DNA of 64,000 nt from Rhodothermales bacterium (GTDB lineage Bacteria > Bacteroidota > Rhodothermia > Rhodothermales > VXPQ01), in contig JBBDTI010000075.1 of NCBI GenBank assembly GCA_040904565.1, positions 42,408-106,407 on the forward strand, read 5' to 3'. The translations under genes and the position numbers were made by a program. The number at the start of each line of letters is the position of its first letter. Position 1 is the first letter of the stretch. Below, in pieces: positions 19,840 through 30,365 of the stretch. The notes beneath the pieces were generated by a model. It saw only the letters and a program-made list of their open reading frames with translations. It had not been told where the DNA came from and did not search any database.

Positions 19840-21474
19840 TTAACGGTCAGGCTGTAGAAACGGATAGGCGTAATGGCGCGCCGGATTAAACGTCTCCTTT
19901 ATCGCCCGTGCCGACACCCATCGCATGAGATTAAGCGGGGAACCGGCTTTATCGTTCGTCCCCGAGCCGCGGGCACCGCCGAACGGCTGCTGTCCGACCA
20001 CGGCACCGGTTGGCTTATCGTTGATGTAAAAATTACCGGCGTTGTCGACGAGCCTTTCCATCGTGCTGCGCACGACCGCGCGGTCCCTTGCGAAAACAGC
20101 ACCCGTAAGGGCGTAGGGCGAGGTATCGTCCAGCAGATCGAGCATCTTCTCATACCGCTCGTCTTCATATACGAACACGGATACGATCGGACCGAAAATC
20201 TCCTCACGCATCGTCTGATGCCTGGGATCGTCGACCTTCAGGACGGTCGGACGGATAAAGTAGCCGCGGCTATCGTCGTACGTACCGCCGTGGACTATCT
20301 CCACCTGGCTGTCCGAGCGTGCCGCTTCAATATGTTCTACGATCCGTCGGTAGGATGAACGGTCGATCACGGCGTTGATGAAGTTGGTGAAGTCATCTAC
20401 GGAGCCCATCGCGATCTCGTCCAACTGCCCGGTTATCTCACGGCGAATCTCGGGCCAGCGTGACGCCGGAAGGTACACCCTGGAAGCAGCCGAACATTTC
20501 TGCCCCTGATATTCGAATCCGCCTCGAACGATGGCCGTAGCAACCGCCGCGTCCTCCGCCGACGCGTGCGCTACGATGAAATCCTTCCCGCCCGTTTCGC
20601 CGACGACGCGTGGATACGACCGATACGTATCGATCTGCGATCCGATCGTACGCCACATATGTTTGAAGGTCTGGGTCGATCCCGTAAAGTGGAGTCCGGC
20701 CAGGTGCCTGGATGCAAACACCGGATCGCCCACGTCCGGTCCATGCCCGGGAAGCATGTTGATCACGCCGTCCGGCAATCCGGCTTCTTGCAGGAGCTTG
20801 TATGTGTAATAAGCAGAGAAGAGGGACGTGGTCGACGGTTTCCACAAAACCGTATTGCCCATCAGGGCCGGCGCCGTCGGAAGATTGCCCTGAATGGAGG
20901 TAAAATTAAATGGCGTCACGGCGAATACAAACCCTTCCAGGGCCCGATATTGCATCTGATTCCACGTTCCTGTCGGGGAGTAGGGCTGCCGTTCATAGAG
21001 TTCCTCCGCGTACTTCGCGTTGAACCGCCAGAAGTCGATCAGCTCACAGGCCGCATCTATCTCTGCCTGGAAGACATTCTTACTCTGGCCGAGCATGGTC
21101 GACGCGTTCAGCGTATCGCGCCAGGACGTAGAGAGCAGTTCCGCCGCCTTCAAGAAGACGGCGGTGCGATCCGTCCAGTGCATGCGGGCCCATTCGTTGC
21201 GTGCTTCGAGAGCGGCGTCTATGGCTTCGGCAACCTCGGTTTCGCCGCAGAGATGCACGTCAGCCAGCACCTGTCCGTGATCGTGGGGGGCCGTGACGGT
21301 CACCATATTTCCGGTACGAACCTCACGTCCACCGATGAATGCGGGGATCTCGAGCCGCTCGTTCTTGAGAACGTCTAGCTGACGCTGCACGCTACGACGC
21401 TCCGGTGATCCCGGTTTGTAGGACAGCGTCGGTTCGTTGACTGGTTCCGGAGCCGTGCGTATCGCGTTGCTCAT
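19840..21474 (-). CDS. pruA: Delta-1-pyrroline-5-carboxylate dehydrogenase
   Basis: NEPTLSY, QAEIDAACELIDF, ETGGKDF, FEYQGQKCSA, NDKPTGAVVGQQPFGG. Confidence 0.95.
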   Translation of the reverse strand: MSNAIRTAPEPVNEPTLSYKPGSPERRSVQRQLDVLKNERLEIPAFIGGREVRTGNMVTVTAPHDHGQVLADVHLCGETEVAEAIDAALEARNEWARMHWTDRTAVFLKAAELLSTSWRDTLNASTMLGQSKNVFQAEIDAACELIDFWRFNAKYAEELYERQPYSPTGTWNQMQYRALEGFVFAVTPFNFTSIQGNLPTAPALMGNTVLWKPSTTSLFSAYYTYKLLQEAGLPDGVINMLPGHGPDVGDPVFASRHLAGLHFTGSTQTFKHMWRTIGSQIDTYRSYPRVVGETGGKDFIVAHASAEDAAVATAIVRGGFEYQGQKCSAASRVYLPASRWPEIRREITGQLDEIAMGSVDDFTNFINAVIDRSSYRRIVEHIEAARSDSQVEIVHGGTYDDSRGYFIRPTVLKVDDPRHQTMREEIFGPIVSVFVYEDERYEKMLDLLDDTSPYALTGAVFARDRAVVRSTMERLVDNAGNFYINDKPTGAVVGQQPFGGARGSGTNDKAGSPLNLMRWVSARAIKETFNPARHYAYPFLQPDR

Positions 21475-21787
21475 AATCGATTCGAAATCTGGATACCTTG
21501 CATGGCGATGGACTGCCGGGCGTTGCCTGACGTCAGTCGGCCCGTACCGGGCGCGCTCTCGCGAGCACATCCTCAGGACGGATTGTGACCATGACGGGTT
21601 ATGACGCCACAGCTGCGCCTCTTGAGGTACTTACGGCCGACGGGTCGATTTTGATGCCGGTCGGTCCGACTTCCTGCGGTGGTATCGCCTCAGCCGGGCG
21701 TCGCCGAACGTCCAGGGTCAACAAGGAGAACCGCTGCCGATCGGTGCAGTTAGCATGATTCTCAGAGACGAGTGATGCCGGACTACC

Positions 21788-23041
21788 ATGCCCTCCCGCT
21801 TCGAACGATTCATGGCCGTGCGCTATTTCCGCTCCGCAAGGGGCCGGGAAGAGGGGCGCCGGTTCATCCGCTTCATTACGTACGTAGCGGTCGGGGGTGT
21901 CGCGCTGGGTACGGCCGCACTGCTCCTCGCCCTATCGATCGTACGAGGATTCAGTACCGAGATTGAGGCGAAGATCGTCGGGTTTGGTGCACACGTTCAG
22001 GTAGAGACGTTGCGGGATGCACCGATCGACGACGCGTCGGCTCTCGAACTCGATCTGTCGCGGCGCGATGGTGTACGCAGCGTCGCTCCCGTCATACAGG
22101 AATTTGCGCTCCTCCGACGATCGGCATCCCAGATCGACGGTGCGGCTATCTGGGGTACGAACCGGCCTCCTGATTACGTGCGTGAGCACGTGGTCGAAGG
22201 CACGTTCGATACGTCGAGGGGTGACGACGGTCTTGCCGGCATCGTTCTCGGAACGGCGTTGGCCGATCTGCTTGGCGTCGAGGTAGGAGACCGGGTAACC
22301 GCCTTTTCCATGCGTTCCGGCGGCGGCGCATCCGACCTGATGTCGGGTCTCTCTCCACCGCGCGTCAAGGCGTTTCGAGTTACAGCCTTCTACGAGACGT
22401 CGCTGGCGAATTTCGACGAGACGTACGCGTTTACCTCCATGGAGGTGGCGCGCGACCTGCTCGGATACGGCGCCGATCAGGTTACGCGCTTCGATCTAAC
22501 GCTGGCGGACGTAAGCCGCGCGGAGGAGACCGCGCGCTCCATCGAAAAGGATCTGGGATTCCCGCTCATGGCCCGGAGCATTTACGAGGTATACAGCGGA
22601 CTCTTCGCCTGGGTCAACTTGCAGGAGGGTATCATACCGATCGTTATCAGCGTCATCGTCATCGTGGCCGCGTTCAATATCGTCGGCACGCTGCTGATGA
22701 TGATTCTGGAAAAGACGAGAGAGATCGGCATTCTGGAGAGTATGGGGGCTTCCCGGCAGTCCCTTCGAAAGTTGTTCCTGTGGATCGGTTTGCTCATCGG
22801 TGTCGCCGGGACGGTGATCGGTGAGGGTCTCGCGCTCGGATTCGGCATGTTGCAGGCGAAGTACGGCATCATCCCACTGCCGGAGGAGGCCTACTACATG
22901 AACACGGCTCCCATCGAACTCCATCCACTCGATTTCGTAATCGTAGCTGCTGCCACGATGCTGCTCTGTATGCTGGCGGCCTACGTGCCGGCTCGCGTCG
23001 CGGCACGCATCGAGCCCATACGCGCCATACATTTTCGGTGA
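21788..23041 (+). CDS. LolC/E-family ABC transporter permease
   Basis: FERFMAVRYF, GVALG, VAAFNIVGTL..EKTREIGILESMGA, PARVAARIEP. Confidence 0.88.
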   Translation: MPSRFERFMAVRYFRSARGREEGRRFIRFITYVAVGGVALGTAALLLALSIVRGFSTEIEAKIVGFGAHVQVETLRDAPIDDASALELDLSRRDGVRSVAPVIQEFALLRRSASQIDGAAIWGTNRPPDYVREHVVEGTFDTSRGDDGLAGIVLGTALADLLGVEVGDRVTAFSMRSGGGASDLMSGLSPPRVKAFRVTAFYETSLANFDETYAFTSMEVARDLLGYGADQVTRFDLTLADVSRAEETARSIEKDLGFPLMARSIYEVYSGLFAWVNLQEGIIPIVISVIVIVAAFNIVGTLLMMILEKTREIGILESMGASRQSLRKLFLWIGLLIGVAGTVIGEGLALGFGMLQAKYGIIPLPEEAYYMNTAPIELHPLDFVIVAAATMLLCMLAAYVPARVAARIEPIRAIHFR

Positions 23042-23045
23042 CCTC

Positions 23046-23315
23046 ATGAAAGACGTAGATAGCTCACCGCCCGCAATCGACGTCCGTCTCTTCAGCTCTC
23101 TCAGGGAGCAGGTAGGATGCGGGTCGGTTGCGGTGATCGTAGAGGGACCGATGACGGTCGACGAGCTGCTCCGGCGGCTGGCCGACGAACATCGGGCCGT
23201 ACAGGCGTTTCTATCGTGTATCCGGGTGGCGGTGAATCAGGAATACGTCGGAGAATCACATGTCGTCGGTCCGGGCGACGAGGTGGCCTTGATCACGCCC
23301 GTAAGCGGAGGCTGA
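23046..23315 (+). CDS. moaD: Molybdopterin synthase sulfur carrier subunit
   Basis: VRLFSSLRE, VAVNQEY, C-terminal PVSGG. Confidence 0.9.
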   Translation: MKDVDSSPPAIDVRLFSSLREQVGCGSVAVIVEGPMTVDELLRRLADEHRAVQAFLSCIRVAVNQEYVGESHVVGPGDEVALITPVSGG

Positions 23316-23317
23316 TA

Positions 23318-23776
23318 ATGGAGGAACTCAGGACGGACCGACGATGGATCCGTATTCAAGAGGCCCCTCTAGACGTCGCCCCGGCGTCTGACTTTCTTCG
23401 GGTCGAGGAAGCCGGCGGCATCGACCTTTTTCTAGGGACGACACGGCGCTGGACGGATGGACGAGAAACGGTACAGCTCGAATATGAATGCTACGAATCG
23501 ATGGCCGTGTCGGAGCTCGATCGCTTGTTGGATGAGGCGGCGGATCGCTGGCCCTTGAGCAGAGCGTGCATCCTTCATCGCACGGGTGCGGTACCCTTGC
23601 GCGAGATCAGCGTCGTCGTTGGCGTTTCGACGCCCCATCGTGACGCCGCCTTCGGGGCGTGTCGGTACCTGATCGATGAGCTCAAGCGGCGGGTACCCAT
23701 CTGGAAGAAGGAGCGGTTTGCCGACGGCACCACGGACTGGGTCGAAGGGGAGCGCCCGCCGCTGACGGACGGCTGA
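23318..23776 (+). CDS. moaE: Molybdopterin synthase catalytic subunit
   Basis: FLGTTR, LEYECYESMA, HRTG, STPHRDAAF, KRRVPIWKKE. Confidence 0.93.
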   Translation: MEELRTDRRWIRIQEAPLDVAPASDFLRVEEAGGIDLFLGTTRRWTDGRETVQLEYECYESMAVSELDRLLDEAADRWPLSRACILHRTGAVPLREISVVVGVSTPHRDAAFGACRYLIDELKRRVPIWKKERFADGTTDWVEGERPPLTDG

Positions 23777-23794
23777 CCGCCCGGGCCGGCCGTA

Positions 23795-24763
23795 TTAGGT
23801 TCCGAAATAATCGGAGAGGGCTTCTCGAATCCGCTGCTTGGGGTCCGGATGCGTTTCAGGTACGAATTCGCGTCCGGTGACGGCCTCATAGAGCTCGACG
23901 TACCGCCTCGCCACCTCCACACGGAACGAATCGGGCAGATCGGGCAGGGTCTGTCCCTCTTTACCCTGGAAGTCGTGATCCATCAGCCACTCGCGCACGA
24001 ATTCCTTAGAAAGTTGCTGCTGCGGCTCGTCGTTGCGCAGCCGCTCCTCGTAGCCGTCCGCGTAATAAAACCGGGAGGAGTCCGGTGTATGTACTTCGTC
24101 GATCACGACGAACGCACCATCAGATCGCCGCCCGAATTCATACTTTGTGTCGACCAGCAGGAGGCCCCGTTCAGCCGACATGCGGGTCCCGCGATCGAAC
24201 AGCCGCAGGGAGATCGATTCAAGCTCGTCGAATTCATCGCGGGACAGGATGCCGCGTTCGACAATTTCCTCTCCTGATATGTCCTCGTCGTGGCCTTCGT
24301 CGGCCTTGGTGGCCGGCGTCAAAATGGGAGCGGGCAGCCGGCTGCTCTCTTTGAGTCCACCCGGGAGCGCCACACCGGAGACCTGGCGGCGACCGTCGCG
24401 ATACTCGCGCCATGCGTGCCCGGCCAGATATCCCCGTACTACAAATTCTACGGGTACCGGCTCGCAGCGCACGGCGACCGTAACGTTCGGATCCGGGACG
24501 GCAATGAGATGATTGGGCGCGATGTCGCGTGATTTCTCCAAAAAGTACGCGGCCGTCTGATTCAGGACCTGGCCCTTGAAGGGGATCTGCTGCCGAAGTA
24601 CGTGATCGAATGCAGAAATTCGATCCGTCGTGACGAGGATCAGCACGTCCTCACGTCTATACGTATCCCGAACTTTTCCGCGGTATCGCTTCCCGAACTC
24701 GTCAAAATCGGTCGCGTCGATCGTTCGGTCGAGGTGCTGCTCGAGAATGTCTGTGGATGTCAT
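23795..24763 (-). CDS. purC: SAICAR synthetase
   Basis: YRGKVRDTY, TDRISAFD, EFVVRGYLAG, DTKYEFG, DEVHTPDSSR, SKEFVREWL. Confidence 0.96.
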   Translation of the reverse strand: MTSTDILEQHLDRTIDATDFDEFGKRYRGKVRDTYRREDVLILVTTDRISAFDHVLRQQIPFKGQVLNQTAAYFLEKSRDIAPNHLIAVPDPNVTVAVRCEPVPVEFVVRGYLAGHAWREYRDGRRQVSGVALPGGLKESSRLPAPILTPATKADEGHDEDISGEEIVERGILSRDEFDELESISLRLFDRGTRMSAERGLLLVDTKYEFGRRSDGAFVVIDEVHTPDSSRFYYADGYEERLRNDEPQQQLSKEFVREWLMDHDFQGKEGQTLPDLPDSFRVEVARRYVELYEAVTGREFVPETHPDPKQRIREALSDYFGT

Positions 24764-24800
24764 GGCGTTATAACTACCTGGATGGCCAACGGCGTGCGAT

Positions 24801-25823
24801 TCAACCGGGTGCTGACGAGCTGCGCGCGATGAGTTCGGGGACGATTACGCGGTCCAGCGGCTTTCCCTCATCGTCCCCTTCCATGCGCATCAGCAGCAGG
24901 CGCGTAGCTTCTTCACCTACCCAGTGCATCCGCTGATCGACGCTGGAAAGTCCAATGTAGTAGCTCGACTTGATGTCGTCGTATCCCACGATAGCCACAT
25001 CGCCGGGTACGTCGCGACCGGCGTCGCGTACCGCCTTCCACGCGCCGATCGCCTGGACGTCGCTCATGGCGAAAACGGCCGTGATCTCCGGCGCCTCGGT
25101 AAGAATGCGTTCCATGGCCTCATATCCGGCCTCTTCGCTAAATCCGGCATGCTTCTCCGTCTGTCCCGTAAAGACGTGCGTCCGTCCAAACGGGAGTCCG
25201 GCGCGCTTCATGGCCGTTTCGACGCCATCGATTCGTTCGTCCTGCACGGTGCTCTCGGTGTGCGAAGCGATGACGCCGATATGCTCGTGACCGAGTGCGA
25301 CGAGATGATCGATCGCCGCCGTGGCTCCGGTCCGATCGTCCCAGTGAAACGAGTCGAAATCGGGATGGACCGAACCCACTAGGACGACGGGCGCGTGCAG
25401 CGCACGAAGCTCGTGAACCAGGCGATCTTCTACCGGCACTCCGACGAGCAGGAGTCCGTCTACCGCCCCTCGGCTTAGGAAGTTGAGCAGCGTCTGCTCG
25501 GGCGAGGTGGAACCCAGGTCACAGAGCAGGAGATCGATGTCCTGATTCCTGAGGCGGAAGCGGATGCCCTTGAGCAATTCCGTGTGAAAGGGCATCGTAA
25601 ACGTTGGAATCGCCACCGCAAACGACTTCGTCGCCTTCTGTGCGAGGGATTTGGCCGTTCTGTCGGGTCGAAACTCCAGTTCTTGAATGGCCTTGAGGAC
25701 CCGAACGCGCGTCGGTTCGGACACATCCGACGAGGCGTTCAGTACGCGCGATACCGTGGAAATCGCGACGCCGGCGTGGTCGGCCACGTCATAGATCGTG
25801 ACTTTGGACTTTTCTTGCGACAT
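24801..25823 (-). CDS. LacI family transcriptional regulator
   Basis: TIYDVADHAGVAISTVSRVLN HTH; sugar-binding domain with VGYDD. Confidence 0.95.
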   Translation of the reverse strand: MSQEKSKVTIYDVADHAGVAISTVSRVLNASSDVSEPTRVRVLKAIQELEFRPDRTAKSLAQKATKSFAVAIPTFTMPFHTELLKGIRFRLRNQDIDLLLCDLGSTSPEQTLLNFLSRGAVDGLLLVGVPVEDRLVHELRALHAPVVLVGSVHPDFDSFHWDDRTGATAAIDHLVALGHEHIGVIASHTESTVQDERIDGVETAMKRAGLPFGRTHVFTGQTEKHAGFSEEAGYEAMERILTEAPEITAVFAMSDVQAIGAWKAVRDAGRDVPGDVAIVGYDDIKSSYYIGLSSVDQRMHWVGEEATRLLLMRMEGDDEGKPLDRVIVPELIARSSSAPG

Positions 25824-26122
25824 GGAGGGATGAAACTATCGGGCTTTGCTCGTCGGTAGAATACGTTTTATTCTGTTCGTCTGAGGCGTACCTTAACGTT
25901 AATTTTGAAGAAAAGCTTCGGGTGTTCCTCACGAACGTGCTCTGGAGTCCCTTCGCCGTCTACCGCCTTCAGCGTTCACAGGCAACGCGTTCACGAGGCG
26001 CCAACATTCTCCGGATTACGGCCATCCTCAATCGGAATCCGAAACCGTTCTCGGGTGGCCGGCGCCAGCGGGTGGCCGTGAGGAGGACGATGTGCGGAAC
26101 GATATGTGACGTGCGGAACGAT

Positions 26123-26149
26123 ATATAGGGTACCAGGGTATGGTATAAT
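26123..26149 (+). promoter_or_regulatory. Putative CsoR operator overlapping an extended -10 box (TGgTATAAT)
   Basis: ATATAGGGTACCAGGGTATGGTATAAT upstream of copZ-csoR-copA; resembles the TACC...GGGTATGG CsoR boxes of Firmicutes. Confidence 0.6.
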
Positions 26150-26307
26150 TCACGTTTATGGGTTCGAATGTGATAGCGGCCAGAGCTCGGGAGACCGATG
26201 CGCCGCCAGGCGTCTCCGGAATGGCGCCGCGCATCGTATGTGGCCAGTTCGCAGGTCGGGCCTGCACGGGTGCTAGGCATGTTCTACTAAAAAGGGTGCG
26301 ACGCAGC

Positions 26308-26517
26308 ATGGAACGCAAGATTACGATCGAAGGGATGGGATGCGATCACTGCATCGTCAGCGTACGAGAGGCGCTCGAGGGTATCGAGGGCGTAACGGTG
26401 AACGACGTGGAGATCGGGCGCGCGCGCGTTACGGTATCCGAGGGCGTCGACGCCGACGCTATCGACGAGGCCATTCACAGCGCGGGATACGAACCGACGG
26501 GGCAGGAGGAGGCCTAG
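26308..26517 (+). CDS. copZ: Copper chaperone
   Basis: IEGMGCDHC HMA motif, 69 aa. Confidence 0.9.
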   Translation: MERKITIEGMGCDHCIVSVREALEGIEGVTVNDVEIGRARVTVSEGVDADAIDEAIHSAGYEPTGQEEA

Positions 26518-26523
26518 GCATCG

Positions 26524-26805
26524 ATGCGACTTCCCGAAGCTGAGGAGAAGGACGTCACGCAGCGGCTGCGTCGGATTGAGGGGCAGGTGCGCGGATTGCA
26601 GCGCATGGTCGAAGAGGGCCGCTACTGTGGAGACGTGCTCACGCAGATCACGTCCGTCCAGCGCGCACTGCGCGCCGTGGGCGAGCGCATCACGCGCAAC
26701 CACCTCGAGACGTGCGTTACGGAGGCGCTGCGGTCGGGAGATCGCGAGGCCGCCCAAGAAACGTACGACGAAATCATGAATCTGCTCTACAAGCAGCTCA
26801 GATAG
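26524..26805 (+). CDS. csoR: Cu-sensing repressor
   Basis: [29 protein letters not shown]...NHLETCV (C-H-C ligands). Confidence 0.93.
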   Translation: MRLPEAEEKDVTQRLRRIEGQVRGLQRMVEEGRYCGDVLTQITSVQRALRAVGERITRNHLETCVTEALRSGDREAAQETYDEIMNLLYKQLR

Positions 26806-26809
26806 GCCG

Positions 26810-29131
26810 ATGGCAATGCAGGCGACAAAGGATGACGAGAATAGGTCCGGAGACGGTTCCGTTGATTTCGGCGTGCGCGGCATGACGTGCGCCGCGTGCG
26901 TACGGCGCGTAGAGCAAGCCCTGAGCGGCGTCGACGGCGTGGAAGATGTCGAGGTCAATCTCGCGATGGAGCGGGCGCGTGTTCGCTATGCAGGCGACGG
27001 GCATGCTCCGGAGACCTTTTACCGGGTCGTTCGCGATGCCGGCTATGACGTAATCGAGGCCACGGGTGACGCACAGGAGCAGGCGGCGGCCGAAGAGGTT
27101 GCTCGTGAAGCGGAACGCAGAGAGCTGCTTCGCCGTGTCGTCGTCGCGGGTGCCCTGACGGTACCGATCGTCATGATGCAGATGGTGCCCATGGCATGGG
27201 CGGGCGCTGCCCAGCTGCTGTATGGGATGATTCCCCAAAGCCGGCTGAACTACCTGCTTTTCGTGCTGGCGAGTGTCGTGCAGTTCGGTCCCGGCCTGCG
27301 TTTTTACGTGCTGGGATGGAAGGCGACGCGCGCGATGAGTCCGGATATGAACACGCTCGTCATGCTGGGCACGAGTGCCGCGTATGGATACTCGGTCGTG
27401 GCCACGTTCGTGCCGCGCGTACTGCCGGCCGGGACGGTTCACGTCTATTACGAGGCCTCGGCGGCGATCATCGCGCTCATCCTGCTTGGCAAATACATGG
27501 AGGCGCGGGCGAAAGGCCGAACGAGCGAAGCGATGAAAACGCTGCTCGAGCTGCGTCCGAGTACGGCGCTCGTGGTCCGAGATGGAGAAGAAAGGGAAAT
27601 CGCTGTAGACGCCGTACAGCCGGGCGATCTCGTGCTGGTTCGACCAGGTGACCGCATTCCGGTCGACGGGGTGCTGGAAGAGGGCTCCACGTACGTGGAC
27701 GAATCCATGATCAGTGGCGAGCCCGTGCCCGTAGCGAAAGCGGCGGGCGACGAGGTCGTCGGCGGCACGGTCAATGAACGCGGGAGCTTCACGTTTCGCG
27801 CTACGCGTGTCGGACGCGACACGGTGCTTGCACACATCATTCGCATGGTCGAGGAAGCGCAGAGTTCCAAGCCGCAGATCCAGGCTCTCGCCGATCGCGT
27901 CGTGGCCGTATTCGTACCCGTCGTCCTGGCGATAGCAACCGTTACGTTTGTCGGATGGATGATATGGGGCCCGACCCCGGCGCTCACGTTTGCGCTCGTC
28001 GCGGCCGTGTCCGTGCTCATCATCGCGTGTCCGTGTGCGATGGGTTTGGCCACACCCACGTCGGTGATGGTGGGAACGGGCAAGGCGGCCGAAATGGGCG
28101 TCCTCTTCCGTCGCGGTTCAGCGCTGGAAACGCTCGCGGAGGCAGACACCATCGTACTCGACAAGACGGGTACGCTTACGGAAGGGCGGCCGCGGTTGAC
28201 GGACGTGCATCCGGCCCCCGCGTTCAGCCGAACGGAGGTGCTCCGCCTGGCGGCCGCCGTAGAAAAACGTTCCGAACACCCGATCGGACAGGCTATCGTC
28301 GACGCCGCGCAGGAAGAGGGGGTGGACGTGCCGGACGTATCCAGGGCCTCGGCGGAAGCCGGACTGGGTATTCGGGCGGACGTCGAGGGTGCCTCCGTGC
28401 TGATCGGATCCGAACGATTTCTGACGTCGGAGGGCATCGACGCGGGCTCGCTATCCCGAACGGCCACGGATCTGGCGGAGGGCGGCCGGACGACCGTATT
28501 CCTGGCCGTCGACGGATCCGTGGCCGGCGTATTTGCCGTGTCCGATCCGTTGAAGGACAGCTCCGTGGCGACGGTGGCCGAGTTGAAGCGACTCGGATAC
28601 CGGGTCGCGATGATCACCGGCGATGCGCGCGGCACCGCCGAGACCATCGCGGAGCGGCTCGGCATAGACGAGGTGGTGGCGCAGGTCCTGCCCGACCAGA
28701 AAGCCGATGCCGTCCGCCGTTTCCAGGAGGAGGGGCGACGCGTCGTCTTCGTAGGCGACGGGATCAACGACGCACCTGCTCTGGCGCAGGCGGACGTCGG
28801 CGTGGCCATCGGAACGGGCACCGACGTAGCCATCGAGGCGGGTGATGTGATCCTGATGTCGGGAGACCCGCGCGGTCTGGTCAATGCGCTGGCGCTCTCA
28901 CGTCAGACGCTCCGCAATATCAAGCAGAATCTTTTCTGGGCCTTCGCCTACAACGTGGCCCTAATTCCCGTAGCGGCGGGGGCCCTGTATCCCGTATTCG
29001 AGCAGCTGCTCTCGCCCGTTTTCGCCGCCGCCGCCATGGGCGTGTCCAGCATCTTCGTGCTGTCGAACGCCCTGCGTCTGAAGCGTTTCCGTCCGGTCAT
29101 GCCGCCTCGTCCGTCTCCGACGGCGGCCTGA
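26810..29131 (+). CDS. copA: Cu(I)-translocating P1B ATPase
   Basis: [43 protein letters not shown]. Confidence 0.96.
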   Translation: MAMQATKDDENRSGDGSVDFGVRGMTCAACVRRVEQALSGVDGVEDVEVNLAMERARVRYAGDGHAPETFYRVVRDAGYDVIEATGDAQEQAAAEEVAREAERRELLRRVVVAGALTVPIVMMQMVPMAWAGAAQLLYGMIPQSRLNYLLFVLASVVQFGPGLRFYVLGWKATRAMSPDMNTLVMLGTSAAYGYSVVATFVPRVLPAGTVHVYYEASAAIIALILLGKYMEARAKGRTSEAMKTLLELRPSTALVVRDGEEREIAVDAVQPGDLVLVRPGDRIPVDGVLEEGSTYVDESMISGEPVPVAKAAGDEVVGGTVNERGSFTFRATRVGRDTVLAHIIRMVEEAQSSKPQIQALADRVVAVFVPVVLAIATVTFVGWMIWGPTPALTFALVAAVSVLIIACPCAMGLATPTSVMVGTGKAAEMGVLFRRGSALETLAEADTIVLDKTGTLTEGRPRLTDVHPAPAFSRTEVLRLAAAVEKRSEHPIGQAIVDAAQEEGVDVPDVSRASAEAGLGIRADVEGASVLIGSERFLTSEGIDAGSLSRTATDLAEGGRTTVFLAVDGSVAGVFAVSDPLKDSSVATVAELKRLGYRVAMITGDARGTAETIAERLGIDEVVAQVLPDQKADAVRRFQEEGRRVVFVGDGINDAPALAQADVGVAIGTGTDVAIEAGDVILMSGDPRGLVNALALSRQTLRNIKQNLFWAFAYNVALIPVAAGALYPVFEQLLSPVFAAAAMGVSSIFVLSNALRLKRFRPVMPPRPSPTAA

Positions 29132-29216
29132 GTCCATGGCTGCCGTGACGGCACGGTGCCTGCTTCCCGTTCGCCGGCCGATGCTCCCGGTCACGTTTTT
29201 CGCCGGTCAGGTTCTC

Positions 29217-29774
29217 TCAGGCATTTTTCAGGACGTTCACCAGCGAAAACTCACTGATGAGCGCCTCGCTGAAGGCTCCGAGATCGGCGGGCGTACGGCT
29301 CGTGATGAGACCGTCGTCGACGACCACGGCCTGATCCACCCAATCTGCTCCCGCGTTCACCAGGTCCCTTCGGATAGCGGGATAGGAGGTAAGACGCCGG
29401 CTGCGCACGACGTCGGCATCGATAAGGATTTGCGGCCCGTGGCAGATGGCAGCTACGGGTTTCCCGTCCCCGAAAAACGTGCGTACGAAATCTACGGCGT
29501 GCTCGTTCATGCGAAGCGTATCGGGATTCATGACGCCGCCCGGCAGCAGCAGCGCGTCGAAATCATCCGACTCGGCCTCGGCGAGCGTCAGGTCGACCTC
29601 CACGTCGTCTCCCCAGTTCGACCGATCCCATCCAGTGATCGCATCCGAAGTTGGAGCGACAACGACCGGCTCCGCGCCGGCTGCTTCCAGCGCATTCCGG
29701 GGTTCGATGAGTTCCACCTGCTCAAAACCATCCGTGGCGAGAACGGCGACGCGGATTCCATCCAGATTCGGCAT
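29217..29774 (-). CDS. PfpI/DJ-1 family protein (YhbO-like)
   Basis: VAVLATDGFEQVEL, LLPGGVMNPD, AAICHGP, LITSRTPAD. Confidence 0.93.
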   Translation of the reverse strand: MPNLDGIRVAVLATDGFEQVELIEPRNALEAAGAEPVVVAPTSDAITGWDRSNWGDDVEVDLTLAEAESDDFDALLLPGGVMNPDTLRMNEHAVDFVRTFFGDGKPVAAICHGPQILIDADVVRSRRLTSYPAIRRDLVNAGADWVDQAVVVDDGLITSRTPADLGAFSEALISEFSLVNVLKNA

Positions 29775-30107
29775 GTGTGCGGTTTATCTCTCGAAAAGGT
29801 TGATCCGATATTTTCGCCCGTCGTCCGGCGATGCGGGGATACCGTACTGCAGTCGTTCGAACGCACGGCTCGTGATCGATCGCATAACGCATGTACGGAC
29901 GCGAACCGATCATTACATGGGTCGCTCTCCGGGCGTGTTCCACAAGAGCGGCGTGCCGAAAGCAACGACGGCGTGACATCTGGCCGTCACGCGCGGCGCG
30001 CGATGAATGTGTGCCGTACGTACGGTTGATTCCGGTGAACCGTGCGTATCTATTACGCGGCCGGCCATACGCCGAGGTATGGCGAGAAGGAGCAGAATCA
30101 CCGAACG

Positions 30108-30365
30108 CGCGATACGAGTACCGACGTCGAGCTCTATTATGATGGATTCGGTGACAGCTCCATTAACTTCGTCGTACGCTTCTGGATCGACTACAGGAAC
30201 CACAGTGACTACCTTGGGGCACGCAGCGACGCCATCAAGCGAATCAAGAAGGCCTTCGACGAGAACGGTATCACGATTCCATTTCCGATACGTACGCTCG
30301 ATTTCGGCGTGGTCGGCGGTGTGAACCTGGATGAGGTGCCGGCGAAAGGAAACGGAGGACTCTAG
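30108..30365 (+). pseudogene. C-terminal fragment of a small-conductance mechanosensitive channel (MscS)
   Basis: GFGDSSINFVVRFW...IKKAFDENGITIPFPIRTL; no TM or beta domain seen upstream in the + frames. Confidence 0.7.
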
